The notes below the pieces were generated by a model. It searched no databases. It saw nothing but the letters and a program-made list of their open reading frames with translations, and was not told the DNA's origin. Below, piece after piece: positions 1-9,419 of a DNA stretch of 64,000 nucleotides (positions within the stretch are counted from its first letter, which is position 1; each line of letters opens with the position of its first letter). Origin of the DNA: a phage; sequence record PZ379075.1. One strand, 5' to 3'. Made by a program: the position numbers and the translations under genes.

Positions 1-75
1 TTCCTAAAAAGGGGGAGTCCTCATTTAAAAAAGGGTTATTGGCAATGCCTTTACACCTCCTTCCACGTTCCAGCG

Positions 76-525
76 TTTCCCCGTGCCTACTCCCCGTTAT
101 TCTTTCCCCGTGTATACCATCCTATTCATTAGCTACCCGTTTATTTAGTTCCCCTTTACTGAGTGAGAGAAAGGCTAGCACTGTATAAACTAGTACAGGC
201 ACTACCATAAGAGGCTAATAATACCCATAAGTAATAGCCCACATCCCCCATAGTTTGAATGTAAATAGTTTCAATAGTAATGATTATGAGTGCAATAATG
301 ATATATGTATTAATTAAGTGGATGATTGTAATTCTTTTAATAATTGCTTTTATTCTTTTCTTTTTTCAGCGTGCCTTTGTGAGCGTAGCGAACGTCTTTG
401 ATGTTTGAGTTATACAATTATTTAAGTGGTATATTACTACCGCACTATCTGCCTATGTTTCCCCGTGGTCTGTTCTGCGGTTGTTGTATCCCCGTTTGTC
501 CTGATCTGTTGGTCTGTTACCCGTA
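76..525. repeat. Cluster of short direct repeats: TTTCCCCGTG at 76, 103, 458; TCCCCGTT at 91, 489
   Basis: Read directly in sequence; lies in ORF-free leader upstream of first promoter; possible terminal-repeat/packaging or origin-associated motif. Confidence 0.4.
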
Positions 526-635
526 GTGTTATAAAGTAACAATAAGAAGTAAGCTGATTCTCTGAGTATGGAAAGTTTAGTAAATTAAATCCCTTTAGTT
601 TTCAGTGAGTTATAGGAAAGTTAGAAAATAAATGG

Positions 636-663
636 TTGACAGCCTTTTCCTTTATTATATAGT
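636..663 (+). promoter_or_regulatory. sigma70-like early promoter (TTGACA - 16 nt - TATAGT)
   Basis: Consensus -35 TTGACA at 636-641 and -10 TATAGT at 658-663, about 45 nt upstream of first ORF. Confidence 0.55.
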
Positions 664-707
664 TGCGATTGTAGTTTGTAGTTTTCATCAACCATAAGGA
701 ATATCAA

Positions 708-1580
708 ATGTCTAAAGTAGCGATTAACCACTTGAACAAAGCAAACGAAAGCCTTTCCTCTTTAGGCTTAACCGTTGGTAGTCCTGATGCGTGGATGGAA
801 AACGAAAGTGCACGTAAAGGATTCAAAAACTCTGTAATGCTGGCTTGCTTGATCATTAACTCTACTGCGAACGCTTTACAGTGTGAAGATGAAAGCACGT
901 TCAAAGAGAACGGTTTTACCGATATGCAGGACGCTATTAATTGCTACATTCAAGCAAATTTAGATAGCTGGAATCAGAAGGATTGGCCTGAGTCATGCCG
1001 CGATGTGAAAGCTGAATTATCCCGCTTGTCTGTCATGGTTGAAGCATGGAATAAGAAAAACAAGAAACAGCCAATCAAGCCTACCGTTGCAAGTAAGATT
1101 ATGAAGTCTGTTAATCTGGCAAGTTATGCACTGGTTGCAGCGATCGGTGTTAGTGCACTGGTCACATCTCTTTCTGATAAAGCTATCGCTAGTTCTACTC
1201 CTGCAACTGATGCCGCTAGTGTCTTCTCTAGTTCCATCAATAAGGGTTGGATGATTTGCAACGGTGCGGATAGTGATGGAAGTACTATTGTATTAAAAAT
1301 GAAGTTTAGCAACGTAACTAATGATGGCGTTCTCTTTCAGTCTAAGACACTAGACAATCAGCCTAACAATGATCTAGTTCTCAAGCGCACCGATAGTGAC
1401 TCGGATATGGTTACATTTGGCACTGTACAACGTTACGAAGACGTTAAAGCTGTAACCAATCTAGTGAGTTATGGCCCGATCAATGAGTCGATGATTGCTA
1501 CCACTGTTTACAATAACGCTAATAACGCTGTTTATACCGTTCACGTTAGTTTAGCCAACTGTATTAAGGCTAGTAAGTAA
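708..1580 (+). CDS. hypothetical early protein (290 aa) with one internal hydrophobic segment
   Basis: Long ORF after strong promoter; start ATG preceded by AAGGAA; no recognised motif. Confidence 0.6.
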   Translation: MSKVAINHLNKANESLSSLGLTVGSPDAWMENESARKGFKNSVMLACLIINSTANALQCEDESTFKENGFTDMQDAINCYIQANLDSWNQKDWPESCRDVKAELSRLSVMVEAWNKKNKKQPIKPTVASKIMKSVNLASYALVAAIGVSALVTSLSDKAIASSTPATDAASVFSSSINKGWMICNGADSDGSTIVLKMKFSNVTNDGVLFQSKTLDNQPNNDLVLKRTDSDSDMVTFGTVQRYEDVKAVTNLVSYGPINESMIATTVYNNANNAVYTVHVSLANCIKASK

Positions 1581-1605
1581 ATAACCTATTTTCAGGAGTG
1601 TAAAA

Positions 1606-1872
1606 ATGGCTATCAAAGAAGTTAAGTTATCAAACGGCTTTTCTTGTTTTGTTGGTGGGCAATCTATCGAGTTTAATACACTTGATGGTCAGATAATCTT
1701 GCCTGTTATCACTTTTTGCAGGATGGAATATCAGCCTCTTAAAGATTGGCTAGCCTTTGCTGATTTCGAAATTACCCGCGATGATTTCAGATCAATCTAT
1801 ATTGACGGTGATTTGTCGCTGGCTAACCTGCTTAATCATGGTCTGATTGGGGATGATACCAATGGGAAATGA
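1606..1872 (+). CDS. hypothetical protein (88 aa)
   Basis: ORF with AGGAG RBS upstream; overlaps next ORF by start/stop coupling. Confidence 0.5.
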   Translation: MAIKEVKLSNGFSCFVGGQSIEFNTLDGQIILPVITFCRMEYQPLKDWLAFADFEITRDDFRSIYIDGDLSLANLLNHGLIGDDTNGK

Positions 1873-2122
1873 AACTATTGCGTTAATTGATACGCATAAT
1901 TACGGTGGCGTTACATTGTCCTTTGATGAATCAGTCGACGCTGGTTATTTGTCTTTTCTTTCTAAAGGTGAGATACAAAACATACGCTTTCCTATTGTCT
2001 GTTTAGTGCAAGATTATCTAACTGTTGGGAAGTATTTAGCCCAACGCGGGATTCTCCTGTCGCTGGAAGAAGTGGAACAGATTAGCGTAGCATTTTTTGG
2101 CGAGAATAGCAACGATGAATAG
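1847..2122 (+). CDS. hypothetical protein (91 aa)
   Basis: ORF translationally coupled to preceding gene. Confidence 0.45.
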   Translation: MGMIPMGNETIALIDTHNYGGVTLSFDESVDAGYLSFLSKGEIQNIRFPIVCLVQDYLTVGKYLAQRGILLSLEEVEQISVAFFGENSNDE

Positions 2123-2217
2123 TGATTATTTTTGGCGTTGCTTGTTTGGTGCGACCTTCCTGCTGTTCATTGCTGATATGCTGTATTCTTACATTCTCTA
2201 ACTAAAGGTTTATTATC

Positions 2218-2583
2218 ATGGGTGTTATCAAGTTTGTAGTGAAAGTATTTGTAGGCTTCTTTCTGGTTGTTCTCCTGTTAGGTGTCCTGCTGTCATCTAT
2301 GGGTAGCGTTAAGGCTGCAACATTCTCCCCTGATACGGTTGACGGTTTACAGTGTACCTATCTCGTAGAGAATTACGAAACTGGTAAACAGTCACCTAAA
2401 GTTATTATTTTGCATGTAAATGATTTTGATCATGTGCAATCAGATAACAAAGCTATTCTGCTGGTAAATGAAACTACCGGTAAACAAATCACGATAGATC
2501 ACTTGATGCGCTCATCGTTGACGCTCTTTGATGAGTCCATGAATGAAATTGAGTCCGGTAATGGTCAATGTGTAAATCCATAG
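2218..2583 (+). CDS. hypothetical membrane-anchored/secreted protein (121 aa)
   Basis: N-terminal hydrophobic stretch VGFFLVVLLLGVLLSSMGSVKA resembling signal anchor; ATG at 2218. Confidence 0.5.
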   Translation: MGVIKFVVKVFVGFFLVVLLLGVLLSSMGSVKAATFSPDTVDGLQCTYLVENYETGKQSPKVIILHVNDFDHVQSDNKAILLVNETTGKQITIDHLMRSSLTLFDESMNEIESGNGQCVNP

Positions 2584-2969
2584 GCTTAATCTTTCTCCTG
2601 TATTGTGCCGTAGTCATGCCTATGGTCATAATCTATCTGATGCTTTAAATCCTTCCTATAAGCCTCGCTATGAGGCTTTTTTCTTTTCTAAGGTGATTGT
2701 ATACCTTACTCCCTTTTAGCTCATTGTGATGCGTTATAGGCCGCTTGTTATCGCTTTACAAGCCTTTTCCTATGATGTATCACGTTCGCCCGCTCTTTTA
2801 CCTTCCTATAGTGAAAAAGTTTAAAATATTTTGTTTTACCCTATTGCATCCCTCACTGATTAATGTATACTTCATTTCATCGGGTACGATGTAAAACATA
2901 CAAGGCAAGGAAACTTGCCCCGCTCTTTAAAAATCAGGCTAGAAAGTGAAAATATTCTTAAAAAGAGTA

Positions 2970-2998
2970 TTGACACCGAAAACAGCCTGATATATAGT
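2970..2998 (+). promoter_or_regulatory. strong sigma70-like promoter (TTGACA - 17 nt - TATAGT)
   Basis: TTGACA at 2970-2975, spacer CCGAAAACAGCCTGATA, TATAGT at 2993-2998. Confidence 0.6.
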
Positions 2999-3602
2999 GA
3001 GCATAGTCAGCGATGACTTAAAAAATCCCGCTCTTTAAAAATATGATTTGTCTTACGGGTGGCGGCGACGTCATTACTATAAGGCGCTCAGTTAATCGGT
3101 AGAATTGATTCCTGATTCATACGTGACGCAGGCGGACAATAAGCAATATCAATAAGCCTTATTTGTTCGATACTTTCAAAAGATTAATGCTTGAAAGCGC
3201 ACTAGATTCCCTGAAAGACAAATCAGACTTATCATCTTGCCCTTTCGCATAGATTCACGCGAGATAAGGGAAAGGAATTAAAAGAAGATGATAAAAAGAG
3301 TTGCAAACGTGGTTAAAGTAGTCCATACTAACCACAAGTTAGCAAAACATCGCTAACTAGTTCCCAAATCAACGTATCGCGGGAAAGGTGGCACATAGTG
3401 CAGCGATTAGTTCAGGTGTAGGCGGCCTGTTAATGAATCAGTAAGCCTTCAATGTGACAGTGATTAGCAGACACTTTAAAAGGCTAAACGCTCTTTAACA
3501 ATATGAGTCATAAGTTAAGCCTCACCGCTTAATCTTCAATCAAATAAAGCTGATTGATATATCCTCCCAATAGCGGGAACGACGAAAAAGATTAAAAAGC
3601 GG

Positions 3603-3631
3603 TTGACAGCGAAAACAACATGATTCATAAT
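3603..3631 (+). promoter_or_regulatory. strong sigma70-like promoter (TTGACA - 17 nt - CATAAT), paralogue of promoter at 2970
   Basis: TTGACA at 3603-3608, spacer GCGAAAACAACATGATT nearly identical to promoter at 2970, -10 CATAAT at 3626-3631. Confidence 0.6.
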
Positions 3632-4552
3632 GAGCACTCACTAAGCAAATCATCGCTTCAGTGAAAAGCGTAACAACGGCTAACAGTTGCATAGTGTGAG
3701 AAAGCACACTGATAGATTTACCGCTCTTTAATAATTTAAACATTCTCCTATATCGGTTGAATATGCTTGATGATAATAACCATCGGAAAGCATACCAGAT
3801 AAAACGGCGTAAAACTCCCTAAATTATCAGGGTAAACAGTTTTACATTCCCTTACTGGAAACGTCACCATTGATAAACGGATTCATTGAGTACACGCAAA
3901 GACTTAAGCTAATCGCCCACGGTTAAGGGTAGCGGCGGTCATCGCTAACATGGTGCTACGGTGAAAGAAGTTAATCAGGGTAGGCAATCCCGACGAATTA
4001 ACGCTCAATTGAGAGCGGCGGTGAATGGTTAAAAAGTGGCAAATTGCTATTTAACAATAAGGTTTAGTGTGAACGTTTACGATGTGAACGGCTTGAGATT
4101 CATCTTATGATGAAAGTACATAGTCGGTTTATGTAGTAAACTTGCCGAAAGATATAAAACGTCGGAACATTAGACGGTCAATGACTCTTTCGCAATAGTA
4201 TCCCGTAGTGGGCGATGACTAGCGATTGAGAGTTGATATAAAAGGATAGGCGAGAGCGAAAGCAAAGTAAACGATATTGCCGACGGTTACAATAACGTAA
4301 CTAATTAGAGTCGGACGCACTGCCTTATTGTGATGATTGATCATCGCTATCAGGTCGGCTTCGTTTATAGCGACTAATTAAAGATACCAGATGAAACATC
4401 ACGGATAAGGGGGCGGCAAGGTTAACTCCTGATAAGACCGCCCCGCTTACCTATAACTACTTACAATGAGTGGTTATAGTTAAGTCAATAGTGACTTGAA
4501 TTGCTCATAGAGAGCGGGGCAATAGCGCCCTTACAATTGAAAGGTGAATATT

Positions 4553-5452
4553 ATGGCTAAAATCTTTACTCTGGTTAACGAATCTGGTTTTAATGCTCTG
4601 GCTAACAATATCCGTAGCAATAATGCAGCGATCAAACAAGATGTTTCTAACTTCCTGTTAGGTCATTTGCAGCACTTTCGTAGCAACGGTAAGAAGTTAG
4701 ATGTATTGCAGGCGGCGGTTGACTTCCTGTTAACCGAACGTTTCCGCGATATGGATGTTATTGCCACCGCGATCACTTTCTTAACTCCTATCAAGTTTAA
4801 CACTGATGCGTCAAATGGTCGTAAGAAGTGGATTAATCTGGAAGGTGAAGCGAAAGCTAAAGAAGATGCGAAAGAAGCGCAAATTAAAGCCAAAATGGAG
4901 CAAAACCGTGCCCGCTGGTCAAACGCTTTCGAAAACTTTGCATTAGGTCGTGCAATTGAAGTGGATAATCCTAACTTCTACAAAGGTTGCAATGACAACG
5001 TGGCGGCACACCTGCAAATTCCGGCGAAAAACAAGGAAGATTTTAATCAGGATATTTACGCTTTGGTTGAACGCTTGAATGCAATCCGTATTGAAGCCAA
5101 ATTACTGGCTGATGAGCGCAACGGCGCAACCAGCGATAACACTATCGCCCTGAGTGAAGAAGTTGGGAAGGTTAAAAAGTCCTTTGATTCACTCATCAAG
5201 AAAATCACGGCCTCGACGGTAGCGATCTCGGATGATTATCTGATGAACGCATCAAGCAAGGAATTAGAATCACTCGATTCATACGCTGATGAAATGGAAA
5301 AGACTGTTGCAGCTATGCAGGAGAAGTTAGAAAGTCTGCGCGGTCGTATCTCTTCAACGGTTGCTACCCGTACCGAACAAGCGGCGAAAGCAGAAGAGGA
5401 AGAAGTATTGCGTAAAGCGGCTGAAATTATGGCGGCACGTCAGGCGGCATAA
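4553..5452 (+). CDS. hypothetical protein with C-terminal coiled-coil character (about 300 aa)
   Basis: ORF 4544-5452; ATG at 4553 preceded by AAAGGTG; charged heptad-like C-terminus. Confidence 0.6.
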   Translation: MAKIFTLVNESGFNALANNIRSNNAAIKQDVSNFLLGHLQHFRSNGKKLDVLQAAVDFLLTERFRDMDVIATAITFLTPIKFNTDASNGRKKWINLEGEAKAKEDAKEAQIKAKMEQNRARWSNAFENFALGRAIEVDNPNFYKGCNDNVAAHLQIPAKNKEDFNQDIYALVERLNAIRIEAKLLADERNGATSDNTIALSEEVGKVKKSFDSLIKKITASTVAISDDYLMNASSKELESLDSYADEMEKTVAAMQEKLESLRGRISSTVATRTEQAAKAEEEEVLRKAAEIMAARQAA

Positions 5453-5476
5453 GTAAGACAATTTGAATAAACATAA

Positions 5477-5509
5477 GGCGCTATCTTAACGGGTAGCGCC
5501 TTTTCTTTT
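5477..5509 (+). terminator. rho-independent terminator
   Basis: GGCGCTA...TAGCGCC stem followed by TTTTCTTTT. Confidence 0.6.
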
Positions 5510-5554
5510 ATCAGTGCATTGATTCAGTGCATTAATCAAAGAATTTAATCAAAG

Positions 5555-5782
5555 GTGATGATCATGTTAATTACGCATACCACGATTTATAGGAATCTTG
5601 TCAACGGTCAACATTACCGCCTATCTAAAAAGTATGGCGTTGAATGTAAATGTGTTATTACCGGTGAATGGTATCCGTCACCAATGAAGATTGAAACGCT
5701 GGAACGTGAAGCGATCAGTTATATTATCACGCAAGAAACAACGTTAGGCCGTATCTTAAGAAAGCTGGGATTGAGAAAATGA
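5555..5782 (+). CDS. hypothetical small protein (75 aa)
   Basis: ORF from track; weak evidence; two overlapping ORFs follow at 5779-6010 whose real frame is unclear. Confidence 0.35.
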   Translation: MMIMLITHTTIYRNLVNGQHYRLSKKYGVECKCVITGEWYPSPMKIETLEREAISYIITQETTLGRILRKLGLRK

Positions 5783-5999
5783 TATTCAGTAGTAATTTTG
5801 GCAAGTGTCCTATTTGTGAGAAACATCGCAGCACGGGAAACCATCGCAAATGTAGTAAGATATTACAGCGCCAACGTGATAACAAACATTGGGATACTGT
5901 ACACACTAACCAGCGTAAAGAAGAAGTTAGGAAAATGGCTGTTAAAGCGTCATTTGCTCAATCAACCCGTATTGAACACATTCAAAGGTATCAAGCATC

Positions 6000-6209
6000 A
6001 TGATCACTAACATTTCAGAGTTTAAGAAAGCTCCCTCTCGTCTGTTAGGCCGTCGTGTAGTGTATCTTTATAGCAATAAAGGTAAATGTACAACCGGACG
6101 AATTACAACGGTGAGTAGTGCCAATAAGAAACTACTAAAATTATGTGTAACTATGGATGACGGTACAATCCTTCTACGTAGTTGGAAATCGTTTAGTTTA
6201 CTTGATTAA
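6000..6209 (+). CDS. hypothetical small protein (69 aa)
   Basis: ORF from track. Confidence 0.35.
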   Translation: MITNISEFKKAPSRLLGRRVVYLYSNKGKCTTGRITTVSSANKKLLKLCVTMDDGTILLRSWKSFSLLD

Positions 6210-6278
6210 GTTATTTGTTCAAGCCTATCGACTTGATGGGCTTGCCCGATATAACTTATCACTGGAAGGAATAAGATT

Positions 6279-6722
6279 GTGGCTAAATCTAAAATCAGCA
6301 TGAAGGGCGGGCGTTGTTTTGCTATCTCTGAACTAGAGAAAGAGAAACCGAAGGCAACTAATCACGTTAGTAAGCGTAGTTTAAAACGCCGTGCTGCAAA
6401 GGCTGAGGCTGAATCCCATGTTCCTTCCAGTGTGGCAAAACGTGTAGGCCATCGTGTCCATCGTGCTGATGCGTTGTTGTTAGCTGATCATAAACGTTCT
6501 TTGTTACAGAGCGGGGGCGCTAAAACAGAAGAAGAGAAGAAGTTAGAAATCTTCTGTAATGGTCGCACCCGTGGTAAACAGAAGTTTAAGGGTAGCACGA
6601 AAGACCCTCAGGCATTCCCTAAGACAAGCCAGTGTGCACCTGATGTTTTCTACGCAGATAGTAAACACAAGTGGGGCGTTGAGAAATACATTGACCCCAT
6701 CAAAGAGGCAAGGGTTAAGTAG
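6279..6722 (+). CDS. hypothetical highly basic protein (147 aa), possibly nucleic-acid binding
   Basis: Lys/Arg-rich ORF; non-ATG (GTG) start in track, real start uncertain. Confidence 0.45.
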   Translation: MAKSKISMKGGRCFAISELEKEKPKATNHVSKRSLKRRAAKAEAESHVPSSVAKRVGHRVHRADALLLADHKRSLLQSGGAKTEEEKKLEIFCNGRTRGKQKFKGSTKDPQAFPKTSQCAPDVFYADSKHKWGVEKYIDPIKEARVK

Positions 6723-6802
6723 TAGGAATATAGCCCCCTCTTTTAGTACTATGACGCTCTTTCTGTAGCGTCGTGCCCTCTCCCCATTTGAAGCTTCCGC
6801 AT

Positions 6803-6856
6803 AGCCGCCTTTGGGCGGCTTTTTGCGTTACCGCCTCCTTAATTGGAGGCTTTTTT
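6803..6856 (+). terminator. two tandem rho-independent terminators
   Basis: GCCGCC-TTTG-GGCGGC + TTTTT, then GCCTCC-TTAATT-GGAGGC + TTTTTT. Confidence 0.65.
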
Positions 6857-6882
6857 GTATCTATTATATAGGAAACCATGAA

Positions 6883-7695
6883 ATGAAAGCATTTGCATTG
6901 TCAGCTATTCTAGTTTTATCTGCCATTAGTGCCCCATCCTTTGCTCATTCTGACAAATGCTCACACTCTAAACAGTGTGAAGTCCAGCAGGGGCCGAAAG
7001 GTGATAAAGGAGAACAGGGTATTCAAGGCGAACAAGGTCCGAAAGGTGACAAGGGTGATCGCGGAGAGCAGGGCTTAAAAGGTGATACTGGATCGGCTGG
7101 CATCAATGGTAAAGATGGCATCAATGGTAAAGATGGCATTGATGGTAAAGATGGCATTGATGGTAAAGATGGCATCAATGGTAAAGATGGCATCAATGGT
7201 AAAGATGGCATTGATGGTAAAGATGGCATTGATGGTAAAGATGGCGCTCAAGGTGAAAAAGGTGATTCTGGTGCAGATGGTAAGAAAGGCGAAACTGGCC
7301 TAACTGGTGCAGCAGGTTTGAATGGCGTTGACGGATTAAATGGCAAAAATGGTAAAGATGCAGATATGTCTGCCGTTAATGCTAACGCCAAATCTATCAA
7401 AGCTCTGGAACAATCCACCAACAAACGTTTTGCTTCTTTGCAAAAACAAGTAGACCGTAACCGTGATCATGCCTCTGCTGGTATTTCTGGCGTGGCTGCA
7501 ATGGCTAACATCCCGCAAGTAAGTCAAGGATCTGCTTTCTCTGTTGGTGCTGGGGTAGGTGCTTACGATGGTGAATCTGCTCTTGCTATTGGTGTTAGTG
7601 CTCGTTTCAATGAAAACGTAGTAACTAAAGCATCAGTGGCAATGACTTCAGAGAGTGACGCTGTTCTGGGCGCTGGTGTAAGTTACGAGTGGTAA
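6883..7695 (+). CDS. secreted collagen-like repeat protein with YadA-like (trimeric autotransporter) C-terminal membrane anchor
   Basis: Signal peptide MKAFALSAILVLSAISAPSFA; about 50 Gly-X-Y triplets; C-terminal segment ending GAGVSYEW matches YadA-anchor beta-barrel signature. Confidence 0.65.
   Translation: MKAFALSAILVLSAISAPSFAHSDKCSHSKQCEVQQGPKGDKGEQGIQGEQGPKGDKGDRGEQGLKGDTGSAGINGKDGINGKDGIDGKDGIDGKDGINGKDGINGKDGIDGKDGIDGKDGAQGEKGDSGADGKKGETGLTGAAGLNGVDGLNGKNGKDADMSAVNANAKSIKALEQSTNKRFASLQKQVDRNRDHASAGISGVAAMANIPQVSQGSAFSVGAGVGAYDGESALAIGVSARFNENVVTKASVAMTSESDAVLGAGVSYEW
7100..7243 (+). repeat. Tandem 18-bp repeat GGCAT(C/T)(A/G)ATGGTAAAGAT x8 (encodes GI(N/D)GKD collagen units)
   Basis: Direct reading; causes spurious antisense ORFs 7023-7229 and 7082-7303. 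Confidence 0.85.
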
Positions 7696-7702
7696 GATAG
7701 TG

Positions 7703-7729
7703 CCTCTCCCGAAAGGGAGGGGTGTTTCT
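7703..7729 (+). terminator. rho-independent terminator
   Basis: CCTCTCCC-GAAA-GGGAGGGG hairpin plus T-rich tail. Confidence 0.6.
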
Positions 7730-7805
7730 ATAAGCATCTTTTCGAGGGTGTTTATTGAAACAACAAAACAGGAGGTAGCAAGTTCTGATAACAACGGCAC
7801 AGCTA

Positions 7806-8195
7806 ATGTTGACATTGACTATTTATTATGAGGCAGGGAATCAGCCAACCGCATGTAAGGCTTTAGTTGCGGATACCGTGATAAATAGAATGGCCCAACG
7901 AAAACTGACCGCTGAACAGGTGATAAGACAAAAGAACCAGTTTGAGTGGATTCCGGTACTATTAAAACAGGAGAAACCTTATAAACGTTATGTAAAGCTG
8001 ATTCGTGATAAAAATCCGATGACTAAGCAAGCCATTGGAGAAAGCGAGCGACTTGCTAAACGTGCCCTTAAGAAGAATTATGTTCCGCTGTACAGTGGGA
8101 CTTACTTTCAGAGTAAGAGCGAAGGGGTGCCAAAATGGTATGCCAATCCTATGTATTGTGGTGATTTAGTGTTCGATAATAGCTCTAGGGAATAA
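7806..8195 (+). CDS. SleB/CwlJ-like cell-wall hydrolase domain protein
   Basis: Motif IYYEAGNQ...ALVADTVINR resembles the EARGE...VxNR signature of the SleB-type hydrolase family; frame is open from 7779. Confidence 0.45.
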   Translation: MLTLTIYYEAGNQPTACKALVADTVINRMAQRKLTAEQVIRQKNQFEWIPVLLKQEKPYKRYVKLIRDKNPMTKQAIGESERLAKRALKKNYVPLYSGTYFQSKSEGVPKWYANPMYCGDLVFDNSSRE

Positions 8196-8395
8196 TCACT
8201 AGTGCCAGATTTGACAAACTAAATTCCTTTATAAACCAACCACTTAGTAAATTTATTGAAAAAGATGGCAGTATTCTGGGACTATGGGTAATGCTCTGTA
8301 TATAGACCCTTTGAAAATTTCTTAGAAAATAAGTTTACTAAATATAACTTACTTAAATAATATTACTTTTAATCTCTGATAAAAGGGTAAATAAT

Positions 8396-8692
8396 ATGAC
8401 TTTAGAAGTATATAAATTCCTTTTTGTAAGCTGTTTAACTATCAGCGTTCTAGGATTTATTATTCTCAGAAACAAAGCAGCAAGCTGGGAGAGAATGTAT
8501 AAATCCCTAGTTCGAGTGGATGAGATGTATAATGAGAAAGTTAAAGTAACACTTAACGATCTTATTATGCAAGTAGAGGACAGAAACAAGCGTCTTCAGA
8601 ACCTCAACCACGAAGTGTTACGCCTTGCTCGTGCTAATGAAGACTTGCGAGTGGCTATTGCTAAACAGCAGGAGATTAACAATGAAGCATGA
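8396..8692 (+). CDS. hypothetical protein with N-terminal TM helix and coiled coil (98 aa)
   Basis: Hydrophobic N-terminus FLFVSCLTISVLGFIIL followed by charged helical region. Confidence 0.5.
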   Translation: MTLEVYKFLFVSCLTISVLGFIILRNKAASWERMYKSLVRVDEMYNEKVKVTLNDLIMQVEDRNKRLQNLNHEVLRLARANEDLRVAIAKQQEINNEA

Positions 8693-8939
8693 TATTAATA
8701 CAGCCCCTGTAGTCAAGCAACTGAAAGACCTGAAGGTGGGGAGTGTTTTTGAAACTGTTCCACCTAAAAATAAAATATATCTTACAGTAAAGCTAGATTC
8801 CTCAACCGTTTATTCAGCTAGTTGGAAGCCTGACGAAAGAGTAGTAGTAGATCTCACTTCGGATAGAATAACAATGTTGAGAAAAGATACTGTTGTTCAG
8901 GTAGTTGATAATGCTCGACTTACCAATAAGGTGGATTAA
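8682..8939 (+). CDS. small paralogous-family protein (member 1, GxVF motif family)
   Basis: About 85 aa; shares N-terminal MK...L..GxVF and mid-protein pattern with 10+ neighbours; start ATG 8682 overlaps upstream stop. Confidence 0.55.
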   Translation: MKHDINTAPVVKQLKDLKVGSVFETVPPKNKIYLTVKLDSSTVYSASWKPDERVVVDLTSDRITMLRKDTVVQVVDNARLTNKVD

Positions 8940-8941
8940 AG

Positions 8942-9178
8942 ATGAAAGTTAATATTAAATCCGATCGTACAATGCTTCGCTTAAATAACATGAAGCCGGG
9001 CGTTCTATTTGAGCGTAAAGACTCTCTTTATATTAGAACCGACACACTATACGCAGATAACTATGTGAACTGTGTTGATGTGGTAACTGGAAAGCTCATG
9101 CCTTTTAAACGGGATGAAGTCTGCCAAGTACGTAGTGATCTTCACATAACCAACATAGAGGCTAAAGATGAAGATTGA
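8942..9178 (+). CDS. small paralogous-family protein (member 2)
   Basis: Motif PGVLFERK; tandem, coupled starts. Confidence 0.55.
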   Translation: MKVNIKSDRTMLRLNNMKPGVLFERKDSLYIRTDTLYADNYVNCVDVVTGKLMPFKRDEVCQVRSDLHITNIEAKDED

Positions 9179-9419
9179 TCTTGAGATGAAAGCTAAAGAA
9201 TTGTGTGTGGGTGATTTGAAACTTGGTGATGTATTCCAAGTTAAGGCAACATGTATTGATTATTACATGATCGTTCAGTTATATACACCACATGTGTCAG
9301 AGACTGATCTTCGGAATGGTTGTGTAGTGCTCAGTTTAAGCACCAATCAAGTAATGAAGCTAGATTCAAACTTACCTGTTTCAGTTATCCATGATGCAGT
9401 AATTACCAATCGGAAGTGA
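9168..9419 (+). CDS. small paralogous-family protein (member 3)
   Basis: Motif LGDVFQVK. Confidence 0.55.
   Translation: MKIDLEMKAKELCVGDLKLGDVFQVKATCIDYYMIVQLYTPHVSETDLRNGCVVLSLSTNQVMKLDSNLPVSVIHDAVITNRK

Larger units (their letters stand above)
2921..3735 (+). repeat. Four copies of motif CGCTCTTTAA(A/C/T)AAT at 2921, 3029, 3489, 3722
   Basis: Direct reading; copies flank the two near-identical promoters in a 2 kb ORF-poor region; first copy preceded by GGCAAG-GAAA-CTTGCC hairpin. Confidence 0.5.

Noticed and set aside
5779-6010. Two overlapping ORFs 5779-6003 and 5798-6010 in different frames
   Set aside because: Cannot decide which, if either, is coding from sequence alone; both are short and basic; left unannotated
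7023-7303. Antisense/alternate-frame ORFs 7023-7229 (-) and 7082-7303 (+) with MPSLP and MVKMA repeats
   Set aside because: Artefacts of the 18-bp tandem collagen repeat, which is open in several frames; the Gly-X-Y frame with signal peptide and anchor is the coherent one
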